In this document: piece by piece, positions 25,830 through 38,422 of the stretch
Position numbering within the stretch: the first letter of the stretch is position 1
Layout of the letters: each line of letters begins with the position of its first letter
Origin: Dicyema japonicum
Lineage: Eukaryota; Animalia; Dicyemida
Assembly: GCA_011109175.1 (NCBI GenBank)
Contig: RDEW01000005.1
Coordinates: 802,335 to 866,334, forward strand
DNA: 64,000 bases
Direction: 5' to 3'
Notes under the pieces: model-generated
What the model was told of the DNA's origin: nothing
Databases searched by the model: none
Seen by the model: the letters and a program-made list of their open reading frames with translations, nothing else
Translations under genes and position numbers: made by a program

Positions 25830-26080
25830 ACAGCGAAAGACTTAACCAAATTCCGAGTACTCCGCAGGTTTCTACCGCGAAACATTTGGTTAAATTTTCT
25901 GTCAAAAAGTGTCTGTATACATAACATCTCTAGCAATAAGGGTTCCCAACCTTAAATCATGTATACTTTTGGTTCCGGTTTGTTTTTTTTGCCAGAGGTT
26001 GGATTTTCCTAAGTGTTCTTTGAAAATGGTGAATGTTCTCCGTATGTGTCTGAGGTTAATTGATTTAAGTAATGGGAAGG
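25830..26080 (-). mobile_element. Highly degraded CRE-like RLE fragment
   Basis: GTLIARDVMYTDTF and FAVETCGVLG resemble LVWDATCVDT and PVAVETSG. Confidence 0.5.
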
Positions 26081-26814
26081 TAACGTGCTTTAAGTTAACC
26101 AATTCTCAGAGATATTGTAAGCTCCTCATTTAAAGGTAGTCAATGGAAAGATTTTTGACTCCAAGTGTAAGTGCCCATGGGTGGTGATTTCAACCAGCCG
26201 TTACAGCTCTCAATTATGAATTTGGACCTGTTGAAGCTTTTGTAGGAGAGGGAGAGTGATATGCATGGAGCCAACCTCGAAAGGCATAATTCAGTGTGTA
26301 TTAATTTTTAAGGGTAAAAAAACACAAAAAACCCAAAAAATATGCCAACGGCTATGAAAACCATTCTTGAACATTTCGAGCCAATTTATTTAGACTAATA
26401 GCCGCATCAGCTACCAAACACTTAAACATGATTCTGTTCTGCTCTAAGTTTCGTTCAACTATGACCAAGAATGGAATTTTTTAAATAAAATGTTTTTTTT
26501 AATTTCTTGAGTTTTTGCAAGTTCTTTATCAAAAAATATATTTATCCCTACTTAAAAAAAGTGACCTTATTAGTCGGGAATCCTATATTATTATCGACAG
26601 AATTTAAAAATATTTACTTATTTCCTTCGTTTAGAAGTTCACGTTTATGGTGTCTCCAGAGTCTCCTCCGTTTTCACCCACCATAAAACAAACGAGAGGA
26701 CACAGCTTTCACCCATCATAAAGCAAAGTTGAAATTCCGTGCATTACAAGTACGTCACCACTTCAACCTTGACCACTCAACAGATCGATTAATAATCTGA
26801 TAAACACTTATACT

Positions 26815-27040
26815 TATAGTCCCACGTGCTTAGAAAAAGAACAAATTTAGATGTCAATTTCTTCCACTGTTCTCGATTATGAGCTAGAGACCTTAATTTC
26901 AACTCTTTTTCGGATTTCTATGACATTATTGGTAAGGTGTCGACGTGGTACGTTTCTTGATCAGTTTACAATCGAAGAAAATGTCTAGAAAACAGAAGAA
27001 GCAGAAGATCAATGTATATCCCTGTTAGATTGGTGGATGT
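26815..27040 (-). mobile_element. 3' fragment of the LINE family at 1-1040
   Basis: LFSRHFLRL, TLPI, LRSLAHNREQWKKLTS and tgacatctaa..ttgtt match 720-990. Confidence 0.6.
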
Positions 27041-27342
27041 GTACTGATGAGTATCCGCGGACCTTTCAGGTTTTTTAGCTTTTTTCACCAAGGATTTCAT
27101 CCCAGTCTTTTTGGAATAAAAATTCTTCGGAACATCAAACCAGCTTGCTGTCCATTGTTGCACGACTTTACTACGCACAAGGTCCTGGGATGACAGTAGC
27201 GGCGGAGACCTAAAGCCTATTTTCCAAAATCTTATTACTTTCCCCCGGCAGGGCTGTTATATGTAAATCTTCATTTTCACTCCTAAATTGGCTCTTACTC
27301 TCAAATTGAGTAAAACGATGTTAGAAACATAAATATTCCCTC

Positions 27343-29066
27343 TCAAATTCGGTTGGAATGAGCCTCCGAGTGATTTGTTGATGGATCCTTCAGCCGTTGG
27401 ACCATTTTAATCAACTTTTGCCTCTCTTCGCATTCTTTTCTAATTATATCCTCACAGTTCTTCACTTTTTCATTCAAACCTAAAATTTCAGCGTTCAGCA
27501 TGTTTTCCTTGTTCTTCATAGAATCTACCACATCGATGTGCTCGTCCAATTTGATAACTGAAAATGAAATAATTTAAAACCAGATTTGTCACGTGTTTGG
27601 TAAAAATTTAATTGTTCTGCTTGCTCTTCCAGTTTTTTAGTCAAAAATTCGACGGATAAATTTAACTGGGAAACTTCAGCCACGTGGCTATTTTTCACTT
27701 TAAGAAGCTAATACGTGGGAGATATGGTTTACTTTGTCCTCAAATTCTTCAGTGAAGTCCGCCAAGGATTGGCCACATGAATCTTCCAAAGATTGGGAGT
27801 AAATCTCTCTAACATAATCCCGCAAAGTACAATCTAGCATTCTCCTCTTCTTTCTTCTTCAGCATGGTTCTGAGTTCGTCAACCTCGACTATTCATAAAC
27901 ACACAGATTGCCTCGGAGAGACTTGTTCTCAGCTTCTTTTATGGCATTCAGCGCATTCAAGTTTCTTGAATTCTCTAAGGCGTTGATTTTCTCATTTGTC
28001 AACTCTTCAACTGCCTTCAGGTTTTGCTCGCTGAATCTAAAAATCAAAAATTCAGAGGTGGCTTTTTAGTTTGATCTTCCAAAGATTTAATTCTTTGCCT
28101 TAAATGTGAGGGAAATAAAAAACTCGGCGGCCAGGTGATTTCCCATCAATTTTTCCTTCAAAATATTTAAATTTTCACAACGTCTTTCCGAGGCTACGAC
28201 TTTTATCAAAAGTTAAACCTTTAAGAGATTTGTTTGATTCAACGGACATCCTATGTAGGAGTTCTACTTTAGAGGAGACATTTATGTGGACTTTATCCAG
28301 TTTTTTCTCCAAAGTTGATAATTGAGATTTTAAATTGGATATTTTCTGTGTTGCTAATAATATTTCGTTACAAATTTTATCTATAAAATAAATATTTTAG
28401 CAATTATGTAACAAGATTAAATCCAAAATATATTAAAAATTATAAAATATTTACATAAAAATAAATAAAATATTCAATAACAAATAATAAAAATAAAATA
28501 TTAAATAAATTTATAAAATAGATAAATTCGTAGATGTCTACGAGATAAAATTAATAAAAAAATAAATAAAATTTAATAAAATTAAAAAAAAAATAAAAAA
28601 TAAATTTAAACTTTGTATATTTTCTTTGTGGGTGATTTTAATGAAAATAATTTAACTTTGTTTTCTCAGGTGACCTAGAAAACTTAGACAATTTTGCATT
28701 AAATTGTTCAACCCATAAAGTCTAAAAAATAATTTCAGTTAAAATAACTTTCTATGAAAGTCTTCCGATTCATCTGATCTCTCATCTTCCTTGACTTCCT
28801 TGTTTTTCAAAAAAGTATAAAATTCTTCCAATTCTCTGTCCAAATTGGTGGAAATATTTGCATTATTGGTTGTCTTCAACTTTGCTTCATACAATGAAAT
28901 CTACTATTATTTGACTTCAACCTTATTCTTAAGCATTTCAAATTCATGGAACATCAGATAACTTATTCCACAGTATCTACAGAAGGTTTCCGCCAATGGC
29001 ATACTAGCGATTTCATCAGGTAAGGGGTTATCACGTGAGTAATCTTTCTCCTGTGAGCTCGTCCAT
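27343..29066 (-). CDS. LEKR1: Leucine-, glutamate- and lysine-rich protein 1 (coiled coil); 3' end may extend about 200 bp further
   Basis: PLPDEIASMPLAETFCRYCGISYLMFHEF N-terminal signature and IRKECEER C-terminal motif. Confidence 0.8.
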
Positions 29067-29120
29067 GGAAACAATATTAAAATTTTAAAATTAAAATATT
29101 ATATAAATATTATTATTAAA

Positions 29121-29413
29121 TTGTCCTTGTTATTCCTATAGTATTGACGCGGGAAGGAATTGCAACAAAGTACCACAAGGGTTATCTAAAGCAGTTGGGG
29201 GTAGATAGGAAGCTCCAGGCCTATCTACAGTCCACTGTATTAAAGCGGACCCTAGGGAGCCTGACACTGGAGTATAGTAGGCAGAGCCGGAGATGCCATA
29301 TAGGCAGAGGGTTCAATTTGACAAGGCGCTCTCGGAGTTGTTTCAGCAACCAGAATCGAACCTGCCTAAGGAGGCTGGCGAACAGGCAGACGAAGAAGGT
29401 TGTTGATTATTAA
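29121..29413 (+). mobile_element. 3' end of an RLE-type (R4/Dong-like) non-LTR element
   Basis: IPIVLTREGIATKYHKGYLKQLG..QAYLQSTVLKRTL resembles the C-termini of RLE elements (recalled pattern, not searched). Confidence 0.55.
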
Positions 29414-30248
29414 ATATTAAAAAATATTAAGTTTTTATTGTTGGTTAAATAAAGTGGGAATATTATTTTAAATTGATTTAAATTTTGCGTAAATTCTTGT
29501 GTCCTTAGTTCGAAGACAAGTCCTGTTTGCTAATTAAAGAAGATATACATCCCGAAGTAAATCGATTAGTTATAGAATTTAATTTTCCACGTTGAATGTG
29601 TCTTTTCACTACGGCTTCAGAGACAATTGGATCACATGACTCGTTCTAATATGAATAAGGCACAGAGCCCAAGTTGTGAAATTTCAATTTAGTAAAAATA
29701 TTAGTTATTTGGGGTGCATTAAATTTTTTATTATAGAAACAGTTTGGTTTTTTGTCCAGAACATCAGATGTGTCGATATCATCCATTTTTGAGTGAAAGA
29801 GAGGTTAGATTTGTTTGCCTTTGACCATTAGGACTCTACGTGGAGGATCTCTAATAGCGACCCAATATGGCTTCCAACATGTTCGCAAACCTGGAGTTAA
29901 TTTCACTTCAAAGTTAAGCACAAATGTCCAAATTAACAAAATTCAAGTCAGGATTTTTGTTTATTCAACGTTTTGTAGTAAACTCGTGAATTCGATGTCT
30001 CTAACTTCACAGTTTAGTCATTCACTTTAGAAGAATGAAGTCCAAGATGATAATCCTCATAAGCTAAATTGTATTTCGAATCAATCACCTCCCCCATGCT
30101 CATGGGAGGAAGGGAGAGTTTCATATATCATAAAGCTAGGTAGACATATCATGCAATGAGGTATGCCTCATCCTCAACCTTTGACCATATATGTATATGT
30201 GAGTATTATTTCATATCTTACGACCTCCACTAACTTAGTGAGGTAGAC

Positions 30249-30365
30249 CAGTGATCCCCAACTTTTTTGTTGCTGCGGCTTGGAGGTAGATTGTTTACTT
30301 ACAATTTACATATACCATCGTATCAATTGGTCTACAGATCTGCGGCCCGTCGGTTGGAATCACTG
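30249..30365. mobile_element. hAT/Buster-type MITE (117 bp)
   Basis: TIRs CAGTGATCCCCAAC / GTTGGAATCACTG; both flanks are nnnTAnnn (aggTAgac / cgtTAggt); TIR resembles 1372. Confidence 0.75.
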
Positions 30366-32319
30366 CGTTAGGTAACATAAAAGCGCGAGAATTTTTTTTG
30401 ATTTGATAAAAAGATTTGGTGTGCAGTCCTCTTGACTATCCAATCTACCAGTTTTCTCCATGTAACTTTCCTTCTCGAACGTCGTCGCAGTTCATCTAGG
30501 AAAGGACTTGTGTTTAGTGTTCGATGTGGGTCTTTTGAAATTGAAAGTTGCAACCGTAAAGGGGTAGAATAGACAGACTGAGATTACGATAAGGACATAT
30601 TATTAGAGTGTCAACTCACTCAACATATTGATCAATCAAGAACCAGTTTCCTTCTATTGAAGAGGCAGGGGGTAGATAGATGAGGAATCATAAGATAAAT
30701 GTATTTATGTGATAAAGCTCTTCACCTCAACATTCTAACCAAAGGGGTGACTGGTTTTCACAAATGACCCCATTAAGAAAATGTTGTGGTGGACTTTCTA
30801 ATAAAACGGTAAAGACAATCCTTGAGAAGATAATGCTTTCTGTGAGAATTTTTTGGTCTGCGGATCAAATCAATTGGGGAGGGACTCCAGTGAAGAGTCA
30901 AGGCCTTCCAAGGCAGGACCATGTCATCCGAAAGTCCATCAACTATAACTTAACTAGTCGAATGACTTAGAAACAATCAATCCGAGGGGCATGGGGTAGC
31001 TTGACTGCATGGCTATTCCCTCTCAAGATTACGAGCGAGATTTGCTCAAATAGCCAGCAGCGCTCGTAGACATCTACGGAAAAGTCAGTTGTATTTCAGG
31101 CAGTCAAGTCGAAACTCAACTTAAAGACAAGCGTTTTCATTCAACCTGAAACTAAGCAGACATTTTATTCAATAGAAATACGTCACCACCTCAATTTTCA
31201 GATCGATTACCCACGTGGTCAATTTGTCCTCAAATCTCAAAAAATACTGTCAGACTAGATTATCTAATAAAAGAAGCTGTTTGAATGAATGCCATCAGTA
31301 TGGATTGGATCGTAAATTCCCCTGATAGAGCAAAAATACATTCAAACTCAATCGTTAAAGGACTTCTTCCAATAATGACTCATTCATTGCCATCACATTT
31401 TTGTCTGACTAAAGTTCACCATCTTTGTTACTTTTGTCAAATCTTGTAAGGAAATTGTGAATCTATTGTTTCTTAAAGGTCAGCCAATCAGATTATCAGT
31501 GCGAACCAAACTATGCAAGAACTGCGATAAATCGAAATATTTAAATGTCAATTTTTTCAAACTTACATTTTGTGGTTAATGAATAAGATAAAATCATGAA
31601 ATTTCAAACCGCAAATTTATCGGAATGTTAGCCATTTTCAAGTCACTCCTAGTTTTCACTTAAAAATCAATCTTCTCTCTCCTGCTACCCTTTTTCGTTT
31701 GACTGGTTATGTAGAAGACATTTGTCCTGCGTCTCTGCAAAGAACCGGAAACCCATGGAGGAATCCGGATAGGCTTTGAAGAACACCTCGATCAAGCTCC
31801 TGCAGGTATTTTTCGGAGGTACTACCTGAAACCGTGAGATCTCTGGCGGGTCATATGTAAGTTGACTTTTAAGAATTAATCAAGCAAGGTTCAATTTTCT
31901 GCCTAAAAAGCACGTGCTAGGGTAACAACGGGTTTTCTTTGACTACAATATCGATTTATTATGCACAATGCATTTTATTCTCAAAGGCTTGTGATGACTG
32001 TAAAAACTAATGGGGATTCAGAAATGCGAAGATTTACAGTTCTATTGGGGATGCTTACCAACAACTCTGAGATTAAAAGAAAAAATGAAAAAAACTCAAA
32101 AGTCTAATTTTATTGACTAAATGATCAGATATATTAGGTATCGTTTGAATCTCATCGGACGAATCTATTCTCGAAACCCTGAACACTGATGGAAATAGTC
32201 GAAAGTGATTATTTTTCATTGATGATTCCGAGAAGCCACTACCGCCATGTACTTGGTTGCTAATAAAATGGTGTCCTTATCTTATCTGAAAGTTATAACC
32301 CCTCATCCACAGATCTTTG

Positions 32320-32395
32320 ACACACGTGGACAAATGAATAACTAAAAATCGTCAAGTAAAATGAGGTTCCGGGTTCGAATCCCAAAAGGGGTGTT
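32320..32395 (+). pseudogene. Degenerate tRNA-like or SINE-head sequence
   Basis: GGTTCCGGGTTCGAATCCC T-arm/B box with a weak upstream A box; no proper anticodon arm. Confidence 0.35.
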
Positions 32396-33599
32396 TTTAC
32401 CCTAAAGGTATCTTTGATAAATACCAAAACGTAATTAATCCCCAACCTTAGCTTATAATAAAAGAATTCTATAAATTAGAAAAATCGACTGTGATTGAGT
32501 AATTACAAATTCCCCGAGGGTTTCTTTAAAATGGATTTCGGCTAAAATACGGGTAATTAGATACCGCAGAAGGTGAATACTCCTTCTTTTTCAGGATAGA
32601 CTACAATCAACAAGATTCAAACCACGGGCTTTTTTTCGACTTCTGTATTCTTATCTTTGCGTAGAATTGACCGAGGCTGTAATTTTAAGGAACACAAATA
32701 CTGCTGCGTTGTCGGGTTTTTGCTTATTGCGCAGAATAGATTTGAGGTTCTGAAAAATTAGAAAAATTAGGTACATTCGTGTTTGGATCCATTAAATATT
32801 GCGACGGAACAACATTTGAACCAGTCTCTGCTAAATAAAAATAAAAGCCTTGTAGCATAAGAAAATAAAATATAAATAACGTTGGACCCACCTAACTAAG
32901 TTAAATTAATTTATTTTAAATTACAAAATCTTTTATTTATATAAAGGGAAATATTCTAAATAAAAATAATTTAATATTCAGATTTATTTATAATTTTATT
33001 TATTTATTATTCTTGCTAAACCATTTAAAGTCATAGATATTTTTCAAAATATCCTTCAAAAAATAGTGACACTTTGGTGATATTTGAGTGTCTGTGAGGA
33101 TTTTAATTTTAGTTATTGTAACTAAAAAGTAAAAAAATAATTTAGAATTATTACAAAAATATTACGGTTAGTTACATTTAAATTGGATAATAATTAGTGA
33201 AAACTAGTATTTTAATGGAGTTCATAAATTGAGAATTTGGGAAAGATTTCCTGTTTTGAAGCAGAACAAGATTACTTTAATATAGGCTTACCGATCAAAA
33301 TGAGATATAAATATTTATGATTTAACAGAAAATTAAATATTTTAGGATGGTCCGTAGAAATAGCTATCGTTTGTGTAAATGCCCACTGTCTCTTATCACT
33401 GATACCCGTTGATAAAGATCTTAATGTTAATTATTGTGATCTTTTTAAGGATAACGAGGATTAGTGGCAGATATTTCTCGAATTGGTTATTATGACTTGC
33501 AAGGCATGGCTTTAACTGTTCAATTTCGTAGTGACGTCTCTTTGTGATTGTCTTGTGAATTAATTCCTACCTGTCAAGGCGAAATGATCACTAGACAAT

Positions 33600-33815
33600 T
33601 GTATTTCAAAATAAGAAAATATGACAGCCTATTAACAAGATTCTATGTATAGCCTGTAGCCTTCTCGACTAGCGGAGTCTTCGGGCCCAAGACGGTCTCT
33701 TTTCTAAGATCGCTCGAGTCCATAATAATGAAAGCGAGTAACGAACGTCAGGAAACGGAGTGGTTGTTCCAAAGGATTTCTCTGGCAATTGTCAGGGGAA
33801 ACATCCACTCAATTA
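33600..33815 (+). mobile_element. CRE-like RLE 3' fragment
   Basis: SGVFGPKTVSFL, ERQETEWLFQRISLAIVRGN. Confidence 0.8.
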
Positions 33816-34781
33816 CCTATCCAATTCTTCATTATGTCCGAATGTTCGCGTATCCGATGCCTTCTAGTACAGTAAGAATAGAAACGATATCCACATTTAT
33901 GAGATGGGGACATTATACTATAGTGTACAGGTTCTCAGGTGAGTCACCTGCTCGTAGAAAAATGCTACAATTGTAGCCAACGGACCCACCTTCTTTTTTT
34001 GTCAAGAAACTATCTGTAGTTTACCTGGCAGTGATACGGGACGAGTGCTAAGCTTACACTCCCAGTTGTTTCTATTGATCCCCTGCGGAGACTGAGCCAC
34101 ACCCTGATCCCGCCTCCACTTTTCAAGGCTGGCTATCCTCCAACTATAGTGCGCTAGAACCAAGTCATCACCTCAACCTCCTCACCAATTAACCTCGGAA
34201 TTATTAAATGTGTCGTAGTTTTGGAGTTATGTGAGTAACTCCGAACTGATATCATCACATTTCGTATATTAAGACATCTCTCACTGTTAATGATTGATTA
34301 AACATTTATTAGTGGTTAGACTTGTTACTTAAGTCGTTGAGTGATTTCTGCGGCTACAATAACGAATTATGATAACTATAGCTGCCACTTCTATGGGCTG
34401 CATTCAATTTTTTGCTATCCCAGATTCATCAGGACTGATCTCTGGATTTAAAAACAGTTTGGGTACCAAACTAAGCTAAATACCTAAAATGAGCTTTTTT
34501 AATAAGGTAAGCTTATATTTCCCGCCAAAATTATTAACTTAATGAGCTTAGCTAATTACCCCCTCCCCCATCTTTATTATGCCTGTAGCCTTCAATATAG
34601 TCTTAGTTGTCTGATGCTGTCATATATCATTAAAGACGAGAAAGGATCAAAGCAAGAGAAATACTCCTCAAGAAAAAAGGTAGAATGATCTTATAGGTGA
34701 TCACAGAATATAAATTTATTTGTAGTTTTGATTAGTTCTGAAGGCTTTAGACGTGTTGGTGACTGATAGGGGATGCAAGTA

Positions 34782-36140
34782 CAGTCCGACCCGAATTGGG
34801 GCACCAAGTGCCCAAAAAGCGGGGGTGCCCCAAAAACAGGGGTTTAATAAAACAGATTTTAAACATAAAAAAATCAATTTTAGAAAATAATCAGTTAATT
34901 TATCCCAGTTATCCTTTTACTTCTTGCATTTTTCATAAAATTAAGTCGAAAATCGTAAAATTCTTTGAGCATTTCAGGAGATATGTAAAAATTTTCTTCT
35001 CTAACTGATCAAGAGAATCTTGCGTTTCTCTTAGAATTGTTTCCATGTTATTGTTTTCTAGACCTTCGTTGTAAATATTATCAACGAATTCGTCACTTTC
35101 CCCATTCAATGTTTCGTTTACGGCATTGTTGATCATTTCTTCTGTAATGGTATCTTCAATTTTTACGGAACCACGAATCTTTTCAATTTGATTCCAACAA
35201 TTAAATATTAAACTTGGATCAAGTTTTTCCCAGCTTTTAGAAATTAGCAGAATTACATGACGAAGGTTTATTTTGTTTATCAACCGTTTGAATTCATCAT
35301 CCTCCTCAAAACACAAATACTGAATCAGATAATTTGAGTAATAATCTTGATAATTCCCATATCCAATCGTTGCAAATACGGTTTTGTATTTTTTGGCAAA
35401 AATAAAAACTCAATATTAGAGCATTCAATAGTTTTATGACATCCCGCATTATCAAGCAATATTAATACTTTTCTGTTGATTGCATAAAATCTTTCATTTA
35501 TCCGAGTCAACCAGCTCATAAAAATATTTCCAGTCATCCAGCATTTTAAATCTGTCAAGCCAGCCGTTTGAAGCTTTGAAAGTATTAAATCCAATTTTTG
35601 TAGCCGTATATAAAGCAATTTTCTTTATGAAAGGACCTGATATTGGAACCTTATCTTCGCGTAGTTTATGAAATATTTCAAAAACTTGATTATTGAATTT
35701 AGATTTCTCACAATAAGGCATAGTTTCCTCATCCGTGTTTATAGTACCTTGTTCAAGAAAAGGCACAATTGTTTTTTTTATTCGCGAAATCATGCCTTTA
35801 CTAATTTTGTATTTTTTAAATATCTGTCTTTCAGATAATTTGTTCTTCAATATCAATTTAGCAATCGTTAATTTTGTTTCGTAGTTGATAACCATTCACA
35901 CAGAAAATGTAAATAAACGTGTAAATTAAAATTATATATTTATTAATAAAATATAATTTTATTTACTTATAATTTCATTTCCCACAATTTTATAGTGCCC
36001 CAAAATTTCCATATTTTTTATCGATTTTTCATTTTACTCTGCCAAAATGTTGGCCAATAAAAAAATGCCCAAAAATGCGGGGTGCCCCAAAATCCGAGGG
36101 TACCCCACCCCTGGGGTCTGCCCAATTCGGGGTCTGACTG
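34782..36140 (-). mobile_element. pogo/Tigger DNA transposon, internally deleted
   Basis: TA TSD (34780-34781, 36141-36142); TIRs CAGTC(C/A)GACCC(C)GAATTGGG; CENP-B HTH FKASNGWLDRFK joined directly to DDE_1 WMTG..LLDNAGCH..FLPKNT..LQRLDMGII. Confidence 0.93.
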
Positions 36141-36476
36141 TATTGTATTATGATCACGAGGACGAATCTTACAAATAGCGATTGGGTATATAGCTTTTGA
36201 TCTCTCAATTCCAGGATCTAGAGAAGTCATACGATAAAAGAATCTGAAGGAGTAGGTTAAGCATCATGGTAAGTCATTCTTTACATTTTCTGAAAGAAGT
36301 CACTGGGACTGCGCAGAGAATATTTGTTGCCGTGAAGGAACTTCACATAATTATCGACCAAATTGGGCAGTGGGATTTTTAATTATTTATTTTTTTTAAT
36401 TTTTATAGAAATAATTAAAAAAATAGATTATTATTTAATTCAAAAAGTAAATAACTAACATTTTTAGAACACTACC

Positions 36477-36800
36477 ATGAATTATCTTCATAGTGAAAAT
36501 TTATTATTTGCCGGCTTATTAAGCAGATTCCATCTGAGTAAAAAGGGGAATAGTTATGACTACACTACTCCGAGGGACCAGTGGAAAACATATCTCGTGT
36601 ATTTATATTAAGGGGGACCACCCTATTAGTAGAGGATGCTAATGGTGCTTTAGATTTTTCGGATCGGATGAGAGTCGGTGATTGTTCCGTCACTGAAATT
36701 GATGTTGTGGGTCTCGTCGGAAATCATGAAAAAATTATACTCAGAAATGATTCCATCCGTGGAAGAATCGACTAAATGGGAATAAATATTGAGTTGAATT
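36477..36800 (+). pseudogene. Unknown lineage-specific gene fragment, paralogous to 37690-38050
   Basis: Shared aaatttatta..tgccggctt...gaatagttatg...tccgagggaccagt; ATG after an AT-rich island. Confidence 0.4.
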
Positions 36801-37689
36801 TTTTTTCCAAATCTTAATGACTCATTAACTTTTTTTGTTTTCAGGATTCGATAAATTTTTAATATTCCTCAGTGGTGATTGATCCATTCAAATCCAAAAT
36901 TTTAAACTCTGATTAAGAGAGGAATTAATAGATCTTTTTGCAGAATTTTTGGCAAATTCTAAGATTAGAGAAGTTTCCAAAATTGTGTAATTCGATCTCA
37001 GATAATCTTGTACTTTCCAACGCCATATCTTGTTGAGAAAGAATTCAGCTCACTTATTTATTGAGCAATGTGCGAAATAAATGTAAAGTTTGTGTGGTGA
37101 ATTGACTTTATTTGTCGAATCAAGCTTGATATTAAAAAAACAATGCACTTTCCGAGCTATCGCTCCCCTCAGGCAGAACACACACTTTAAGCAAAAAAAA
37201 GTTTCATAGACTCAGTGTTTTTATTCAGCCATTGGAGATCGGGACCGTTTCGTTTCAATCGCCTTTGAAATTTCTGGAACGGTTGGTAAAGGAGTGGTTA
37301 ACGAAATTGGGAATGCGATTGCAGCCCCACATACAAAGATGATTTCACAGTGCTTGTAAATGGTCATCCTTCCCCTTAATGCCCACTGTCCCTTCGCAGC
37401 TGGAGATGATTTATTATTAACGTCTGTATCTGCTTCCATGCATTTATTAAAAATGTCAATGATTTGAGTAAAAATCAACTTTGTAAGTATAATTCACGAG
37501 GAGCTGCTCTATACATTGACCTGAACTCAAAACTATTCATTGTCTCAAGAAGCTTGGACATCTGGCAACATTAAAGCCATGACGTACGTGAGACCAGTGC
37601 CTTCTTCAGTTGACCTCGTTTTTCGCCAGAGAGGCAACACTATTGATTACGTCGGCGGCACCATGTGACTTATTAAAGCTTTTTTAATA

Positions 37690-38050
37690 AAAATTTATTA
37701 TATGCCGGCTTTTCGAGTAGATTTCCATCGCAGTCCTAAGGGAGAATAGTTATGGCTGCGGTATTCCGAGGGACCAGTCAAAAATTAAGCCATGTGATTC
37801 TTCAAGGAAAACCACCTCATTCAACGATCTACTGAAGTAGAGGGATGGTAATGATTTTTTTCGATATTTTCGGATTGGATGACAACATTTCAAACGATCC
37901 CTCACAATTGGGTTCGGCATTCGTCAAAAGAAGTTCTTTCATATTGAGAATCCATTCTCAAAACCTACGGACACACTAACACCGTTTGTAAAGTATGTCT
38001 CTACCGCGTGGAGATTCGCGTAGTGAGTACATTATGTTTGCTATCCCTCA
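37690..38050 (+). pseudogene. Degraded paralog of 36477-36800, also similar to 41580-41620
   Basis: Nucleotide similarity as above; VKYVSTAWRFA versus VEYVSVTWRFA. Confidence 0.4.
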
Positions 38051-38422
38051 AAATGTATGAAGCTTTTTTGAAGCCGATCTTCAACTATAACTCGGGCACA
38101 GAAGAATCTTAATGTTATAATATGTTGGATTCGTTACAAATAGAACAACTTCAATCCTTCTTATGACTGAAGTGCCAGAAATTTAGTCATGCTAGACGCT
38201 TCTTTGAAAATGTTAAACGCCTAATAAGAACGTAGGAAAAGTAGGACATCATGTTACGTTGATCAGATCATTTACCAATCGAACATCAATTCTAGAAATA
38301 TCCAAATCATTTGGTGTATCAGGGTCAACGTCACATTTAATAATTTAAACATTTTTAAAATTAATAATATTTTAATAAAAATAAATATAATTTATTAATG
38401 TCATATTTAAACTTTAAGTTGA

